A stretch of DNA of 64,000 nucleotides. It comes from an uncultured delta proteobacterium. GTDB lineage: Bacteria > Desulfobacterota > Binatia > UBA9968. The translations under genes were made by a program, and so were the position numbers. The notes under the pieces are model-generated. The model was not told the DNA's origin, searched no databases, and saw only the letters and a list, made by a program, of their open reading frames with translations. Within the stretch, counting starts at the first letter, position 1. Every line of letters begins with the position of its first letter. Positions 58,541 to 64,000 of the stretch are shown piece after piece. Location of the stretch: positions 114,559-178,558 of the forward strand of contig CAVWLW010000064.1 of NCBI GenBank assembly GCA_963755715.1, in the 5' to 3' direction.

Positions 58541-59815
58541 ATGAATGTTTCTCCGAGCCGTGAAGAACTAGAGCGATTGCAGTCGGAGCTACTAGGCCAG
58601 CTGCTGCGTGCGGTGTTGCCGGCGAATGAATTTTACCGCGGCAAATATGCCGGCGCGGATCTTGAACGCATCGATTCGCTCAAACAGCTGCGAAACCTGC
58701 CATTCACGACCAAGAGCGAGTTGGTCGAAGACCAGCAGCGCCATCCGCCGTTCGGCAGTGATCTGACTTTTCCATTGGAGCGCTACATTCGTATTCACCA
58801 AACCTCGGGCACCACCGGCAAGCCGATGTATTGGCTCGATACCGACGAGTCGTGGAATTGGTGGGCAGAGTGCTGGAAATTTATCTTTGAAGCGGCCGGT
58901 GTCCGCGCCGGCGATCGCATCTACTTCGCATTTTCCTTTGGGCCGTTCATCGGTTTTTGGGCGGGATGGGAAGGCGCGCGCAAGCTCGGCGCCCTGGCGG
59001 TTTCCGGCGGCGCGCAATCCACCGCCCAGCGACTCAGAGCGATCATTGATTACGGCGCGACCGTGCTCGTTTGCACGCCGACGTACGCGCTCCATATGGC
59101 GTCGGAGGCGAGAAAAGCCGCAATCGATCTCGCCAAAGATTCTGCGATAAAGATCACCATTCATGCCGGCGAGCCTGGAGCGAGTATCCCCAGCACCAAA
59201 AAAATGATTGAAGAGGCTTGGGGCGCGAAGTGCTACGATCACGCCGGTGCCACGGAAGTAGGCGCATTCGGCTTTCAGTGCCAGTTTCAACCCGAGGCCG
59301 TGCATGTCAACGAAAAAGAATTTATCGCGGAAGTAGTCGATCCGGCCACAGGCATGCCGGTCAAAGATAACGAACAGGGCGAGCTGGTGCTCACCAATCT
59401 TGGTCGCATCGGCAGCCCCGTGATTCGTTACCGCATCGGTGATTTGGTGCAGCCGAGCTATGAATCTTGTGCCTGCGGCCGACCCTTTTTGCTGCTCAAA
59501 GGTGGCGTCCTAGGACGGGCGGATGATATGGTCGTCGTCAGAGGCGTCAACGTGTTTCCCAGCGCGGTTGAAAATGTGCTGCGCGAGTTCCCCGCTCTCG
59601 AGGAGTTTCGCGTCGAAGTTTTTGCAAAGGACGCGATGCGCGAAATCAAGCTCGTCTTGGAGCCCAGATCCGATCACGGCTCCACGGCAGAATTGGCTGA
59701 ACAAGTGAGCCGGCGCATGCGTGAACGCATCGGCCTTCGGCCCATCGTCGAGTTGGTTGCGCCGGGAACCTTGCCGCGATTCGAGTTAAAAGCCAGAAGG
59801 TTTTTTAAACTCTAG
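58541..59815 (+). CDS. Phenylacetate-CoA ligase (PaaK)-family acyl-CoA synthetase
   Basis: LPFTTK, QTSGTTGKP, AGEPG, GATE, IRYRIGD and GRADDM.VRGVNVFP motifs. Confidence 0.92.
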   Translation: MNVSPSREELERLQSELLGQLLRAVLPANEFYRGKYAGADLERIDSLKQLRNLPFTTKSELVEDQQRHPPFGSDLTFPLERYIRIHQTSGTTGKPMYWLDTDESWNWWAECWKFIFEAAGVRAGDRIYFAFSFGPFIGFWAGWEGARKLGALAVSGGAQSTAQRLRAIIDYGATVLVCTPTYALHMASEARKAAIDLAKDSAIKITIHAGEPGASIPSTKKMIEEAWGAKCYDHAGATEVGAFGFQCQFQPEAVHVNEKEFIAEVVDPATGMPVKDNEQGELVLTNLGRIGSPVIRYRIGDLVQPSYESCACGRPFLLLKGGVLGRADDMVVVRGVNVFPSAVENVLREFPALEEFRVEVFAKDAMREIKLVLEPRSDHGSTAELAEQVSRRMRERIGLRPIVELVAPGTLPRFELKARRFFKL

Positions 59816-59828
59816 CGAGCAGAACGAA

Positions 59829-60338
59829 GTGAACCGAAGAAAAAAATACGCCGAGGATCAGCCGCCGAAAAAAACGCTCTTGCGGCTTCGAGTCAACGGC
59901 GAAATCCATGAAGTCGCGACCGAGATCAACAAGACTTTGCTTGAGGTCTTGCGCGAAGACATGGGGCTCACCGGCACCAAGCATGGTTGCGAGCTGGGCG
60001 AATGCGGCACCTGCGCCGTCCTCGTCGACGGCAAGCCTGTGCTGTCGTGCCTGATGCTCGGCATCGAAGCGGTGAATGCCGAGGTCATGACCGTGGAAGG
60101 CATGATGCAAGATGGCAAACCGCATCCGCTGCAGAGCGCTTTTGCCGATCTCGGCGCGGCGCAGTGCGGCTATTGCATCCCGGGAATTCTCCTCACCGCA
60201 AAGGTGTTGTTGGATGAGAATCCGCAGCCGACGCGCGACGAGATCCGTCAATCCTTGTCGGGAAATCTCTGCCGCTGCACCGGCTACACGAAAATCTTGC
60301 AGGCGGTCGAGCTTGCCGCCAAGGAAATGAATGGGTGA
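59829..60338 (+). CDS. hcrC: Xanthine-oxidase-family 2x[2Fe-2S] subunit (4-hydroxybenzoyl-CoA reductase gamma-like)
   Basis: GCELGECGTC...C and QCGYC...CRC motifs; first gene in C-A-B order. Confidence 0.8.
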   Translation: MNRRKKYAEDQPPKKTLLRLRVNGEIHEVATEINKTLLEVLREDMGLTGTKHGCELGECGTCAVLVDGKPVLSCLMLGIEAVNAEVMTVEGMMQDGKPHPLQSAFADLGAAQCGYCIPGILLTAKVLLDENPQPTRDEIRQSLSGNLCRCTGYTKILQAVELAAKEMNG

Positions 60339-60343
60339 CATGT

Positions 60344-60426
60344 CACCACGAAGGGCACGAAGAGCACGAAGGTAAGAACAGAGAATTGTTTTTCCGGAGT
60401 TCGTGTCCTTCGTGTGCTTCGTGGTG
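60344..60426. repeat. Family B palindrome between the hcrC-like and hcrA-like genes
   Basis: caccacgaagggcacgaagagcacgaag and ttcgtgtccttcgtgtgcttcgtggtg arms. Confidence 0.85.
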
Positions 60427-60442
60427 AATAGAAAAGTATTTT

Positions 60443-62818
60443 ATGAAAAAGAAAAGTTTCTCGGTGATCGGCAAGCCGCTTCGCAAAATCGATGCGATGG
60501 CGAAGTGCGCCGGCGAAACGATCTATGCGGACGATCTCAATCTGCCGCGTATGATTTACGGCAAACTCCTTCGCAGCCCTCACCCGCATGCGCGAATTCT
60601 CGGGATCAGCACCGCGCGCGCCCTCAAGCTCGACGGCGTGTTCGCGGTGATCACCGGCGAAGAGATGCCGGAAAAGTTCGGCATCATGCCGTCGACCCAA
60701 GACGAAGAGGCGCTGGTCATCGACAAAGCGCGCTACGCCGGCGACCCGGTGGCGGCGGTCGCCGCCGAAACCGAGAGCCTCGCCGAGCAGGCACTCGGTC
60801 TTATCGACGTCGAATATGAAGTGTTGAAGCCCATTCTCACCATCGAAGACGCGCTGGTATCGACCGAGGAGAGCGAGCGGATTCACACCTGGAACCGCCA
60901 AGCCAACATTCAAAAAGCCGTGTCGTTTGAATTCGGTGACGTCGAAAAAGCCTTCGCGCAATCGGATCACGTTTTCGCCGACACCTATTTTTACCAGGGC
61001 AATACTCATCTGCCGATGGAGCAATACTGCGCCGTGGGTTTCTACGGCCCGGACGATAAGCTCACCGTCTGGTCATCGACCCAAACGCCGCACTATCTCC
61101 ATCGCGCTTTGGCCAAGGTGCTCAAATTTCCCGCCAGCCGCATTCGCGTCGTTGCGACGCCGGTCGGCGGCGGCTTCGGCGGCAAGAGCGATCCATTTTC
61201 CCACGAGATCTGCGTGGCCAAACTTTCGATGATCACGCGAAGACCGGTCAAGATCACGCTCACGCGCGAAGAATCGTTTTACGTCCATCGCGGCCGCCAT
61301 CCCGTCAAGATGTTCGCCAAGACCGGCGTGAAGAGCGACGGCACCATACAAGCGATGCAGTACAAAACTTTTCTCGACGGCGGCGGCTACAGCAGCTACG
61401 GCTTGGCCAGCGTCTATTACACCGGCGCGCTGCAAACCGTCACTTACAAAGTGCCGGCTTATAAATTCGAAGGCGTGCGCGTGTTTACGAATAAACCGGC
61501 GTGCGGGCCCAAGCGCGGCCATGGCACGCCGCAGCCGCGCTTCGCAATGGAAATCCAACTGGATGAAATTGCCGAGAAGCTCGGCATCGATCCCATCGAG
61601 TTGCGCCTCAAGCAACTCGTCGAGCCCAACAGCACCACGGTGAACGGTCTGCACGTCAGCAGCACCGGCCTGCGCGAATGCATCGAGCGCGTTGCCGAGC
61701 GCGCCGAGTGGCAGAAAAAATTCCGCAAGCTTCCCTTCGGCCACGGCGTCGGCTTCGCCGCGAGCTCTTACATCAGCGGCGCGGGCTTGCCGATTTACTG
61801 GAACAACATGCCGCACTCGGGCGTGCAGATTAAGCTCGACCGCAGCGGCGGGGTCGCCGTGTTCTGCGGCTCCATCGACATCGGCCAAGGATCGGATTCG
61901 ATTTTAGCTTACGCCGTCGCGGAAGAGTTCGGCATCGACCCGGCCGACATCAGAGTGTTGACTGCCGATACGGATTTGACGCCGGTGGATCTCGGCAGTT
62001 ATTCGAGCCGCGTCACCGTGATGACGGGCAACGCTGCGATACAGGCGTGCGGCAAGCTCAAGCCCTTGCTCCTCGACGCGGCGAGCGAAGCGCTGGAAAT
62101 CCCGGTCGATGATCTCGAATTCGCCGACGGCAAAGTGCGCAGCGCGAGCCTTCATGATCGCGCCATAAGTTTCGCTGACGCGGTAACCAAGGCGGAAGGT
62201 AAGCACGGCACGCTCGGCGCTACCGGCAGCTACTGGCCGCCCAAGAACCCGCGCGACTTCAAAGGCTCTGGAGTCGGTCCGACGCCGGCTTATAGTTTTT
62301 CTACGTCTATTGTCGAGCTTCATTGCGACAGCGTCACGGGCGAAATCAAACTCGACAAAGTTTGGATCGCGCACGACTGCGGACGCGCCTTTAATCCGCT
62401 GCTCGTCGAAGGCCAAACCGAAGGCAGCGTCTACATGGCTCTCGGCGAGGCGCTGATGGAAGAGCAGATCTTTCGCAAGAACGGGCTGCACAAAATCCCG
62501 TCAATCTTGGAATATAAGAGTCCGACGACGCTGGAAATACCCGAGATCGAAACCATTCTAGTTGAAACGGATGATCCGGAAGGACCCTACGGCGCCAAAG
62601 AAGCCGGCCAGGGACCGCTCTTGCCGGTCGTCCCCGCCGTGGCGAACGCGGTTTACGATGCCATCGGCGTGCGCATTCACGAAGTGCCGATCACGCCGGA
62701 TAAAATTCTGCGCGCGCTCGACGGCCGGCTGAAGCCGACATCAATTCCCGACTTTAAATTTCCCGCGCCGATCAAATGGCAGCCGGGCGATGGGATCGAA
62801 GTGGCGCAGAAAAGTTAA
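60443..62818 (+). CDS. hcrA: Molybdopterin-binding subunit, 4-hydroxybenzoyl-CoA reductase alpha-like
   Basis: RSPHPHA, GGGFGGK, RGHG, DIGQGS, GSYSSRVT and GAKEAG motifs. Confidence 0.8.
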   Translation: MKKKSFSVIGKPLRKIDAMAKCAGETIYADDLNLPRMIYGKLLRSPHPHARILGISTARALKLDGVFAVITGEEMPEKFGIMPSTQDEEALVIDKARYAGDPVAAVAAETESLAEQALGLIDVEYEVLKPILTIEDALVSTEESERIHTWNRQANIQKAVSFEFGDVEKAFAQSDHVFADTYFYQGNTHLPMEQYCAVGFYGPDDKLTVWSSTQTPHYLHRALAKVLKFPASRIRVVATPVGGGFGGKSDPFSHEICVAKLSMITRRPVKITLTREESFYVHRGRHPVKMFAKTGVKSDGTIQAMQYKTFLDGGGYSSYGLASVYYTGALQTVTYKVPAYKFEGVRVFTNKPACGPKRGHGTPQPRFAMEIQLDEIAEKLGIDPIELRLKQLVEPNSTTVNGLHVSSTGLRECIERVAERAEWQKKFRKLPFGHGVGFAASSYISGAGLPIYWNNMPHSGVQIKLDRSGGVAVFCGSIDIGQGSDSILAYAVAEEFGIDPADIRVLTADTDLTPVDLGSYSSRVTVMTGNAAIQACGKLKPLLLDAASEALEIPVDDLEFADGKVRSASLHDRAISFADAVTKAEGKHGTLGATGSYWPPKNPRDFKGSGVGPTPAYSFSTSIVELHCDSVTGEIKLDKVWIAHDCGRAFNPLLVEGQTEGSVYMALGEALMEEQIFRKNGLHKIPSILEYKSPTTLEIPEIETILVETDDPEGPYGAKEAGQGPLLPVVPAVANAVYDAIGVRIHEVPITPDKILRALDGRLKPTSIPDFKFPAPIKWQPGDGIEVAQKS

Positions 62819-62877
62819 GCAAAGCTCGCGGAGAGAAACTCGAGCTCGAGATCCGAAATATTGAACAAATTCGAATT

Positions 62878-62976
62878 CGTCAATACCCGCGAAGCCAGCG
62901 AAGAATCCTGGCGTTTTTCCGATTTCAACCTGGATTCCGGCTCGCGCTAGCTGTCGCCAGCTTGGCCGGAATGACG
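62878..62976. repeat. CGTC-tagged REP-like inverted pair
   Basis: cgtcaatacccgcgaagccagcgaagaatcc ... ggattccggctcgcgctagctgtcgccagcttggccggaatgacg. Confidence 0.65.
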
Positions 62977-63020
62977 GCAAGACAAAGACATTTATTCGAA
63001 GAGACGACCTGAAGTTAACC

Positions 63021-64000
63021 ATGTTGCGACTACCAGAATTTAAATACCATCAACCGCGCTCGTTGAAACAGGCGACCAAAGCTTTGGCCGACTTGGGCGC
63101 CGACGCGATGCTCGTCGCCGGCGGCACAGATGTGTACCCGAAAATGAAGCGCGGCCAATTTACGCCGCGCAATTTAATTTCCCTGAGAACTGTTGCGCGA
63201 GCTGAAAGGAATTCGCCAAAGCAAAGAAGGACTCTGGATCGGCGCGGGTGAAAGCCTGACGACGGTTACGCATCATCGTCTGATTACGAAACATTTCCCC
63301 GCTCTGGCTCACGCCGCGGAATCCGTGTCGACACCCCAGCTGCGGAATATGGGTACCATCGGCGGCAATGTTCTCGTCGATACTCGCTGCAACTACTATG
63401 ATCAAACATTCTTTTGGCGTCAGGCCGTCGGCTTCTGCATGAAGAAAGACGGCGACATCTGTTTGGTCGCGCCCGGCAGCGCAAAGTGCCTCGCCATCGC
63501 GTCATCGGACACTTCGCCGGTGTTGGTGAGCTTGGGAACAGAAGCAATTTTAGTAAGTCCACAGGGCGAACGCCGCGTGAAACTCGAAGACCTATACCGC
63601 GACGACGGAATTGATTATTCAACCAAAGCGAAAGAGGAAGATATTCAAAGGATTATTGATTCCGCGGAAAGTCCTGGCCGGCGCAATGCCTATCTTGAAA
63701 TTGCGCCGCCGCGGTTCCTTCGACTTTCCGATTCTGGGAGTCGCGGCGACGGCCGGAAATCGACGAACGAGGCGAATGCCGCGATGCAACCGTCGTCTTA
63801 ACCGCCGTGGCTTCCGCGCCGAAGATCGTCAGTGAGGCGACGTCACTACTGCGGGGCAAGAAAATCACTTTGGAATTGATTGACGCTGTGGCGGACGCGG
63901 CGGCAAAGATGGCGCATCCGCTCGACAATGCGGATTTGGATTACTGGTATCGCAAGCGCATGGCGAAAGTGTATACGCAGAGGGCGCTGGCTCAGGTGGC
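63021..64000 (+). CDS. hcrB: FAD/[4Fe-4S] subunit, 4-hydroxybenzoyl-CoA reductase beta-like; several frameshifts; truncated by the window end
   Basis: AGGTD and TIGGN motifs; C-x15-C-x7-C-x8-C insert (RCNYYDQTFFWRQAVGFCMKKDGDICLVAPGSAKC); KLRRRGSFDFP. Confidence 0.85.

Noticed and set aside
43514-60338. Selenocysteine readthrough at other TGA stops (for example 4992, 43516, 46640, 60338)
   Set aside because: The proteins are already full length, with no Cys-type motif or plausible coding continuation
8884-60426. Periodic repeats as CRISPR arrays
   Set aside because: Units are 6-9 bp without unique 30-40 bp spacers, and no cas genes are present
1-64000. tRNA, rRNA, transposase, integrase or prophage genes
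   Set aside because: None recognisable by eye; tRNAscan-SE and Rfam were not run, so small ncRNAs cannot be excluded

Overview
Gene-dense, moderately GC-rich bacterial chromosomal region with about 55 CDS, dominated by solute uptake and small-molecule or aromatic catabolism. It holds 16 solute-binding proteins (12 without adjacent permeases), three complete ABC systems, two Rieske oxygenases, several cupins, three amidohydrolases, a UbiD decarboxylase, a LigB-type dioxygenase and an hcrCAB-like molybdoenzyme. This gene style suggests a soil Deltaproteobacteria-like lineage such as Ca. Binatota; that is inference and was not tested. About a dozen genes are split by short indels, most likely long-read errors. 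The top finding is that the ORFs 35145..35456 and 35481..36806 are in frame and separated by one TGA. That TGA sits in an H-U-S-T-C (UxxC) motif and is followed by a SECIS-like hairpin with a GGUC loop, giving a predicted 553-aa fused UGSC-type selenoprotein. It lies next to a thioredoxin-reductase homolog with a non-canonical NADPH motif. Other notable features are an unusual enolase / heme-oxygenase-like diiron / cupin / UbiD operon, an HcrA-like subunit with Gln at the conserved catalytic Glu, and several families of periodic palindromic repeats, some nested, at many operon junctions. Two decayed gene-tail duplicates are also present. No rRNA, tRNA, CRISPR array, transposase or HTH regulator was seen.
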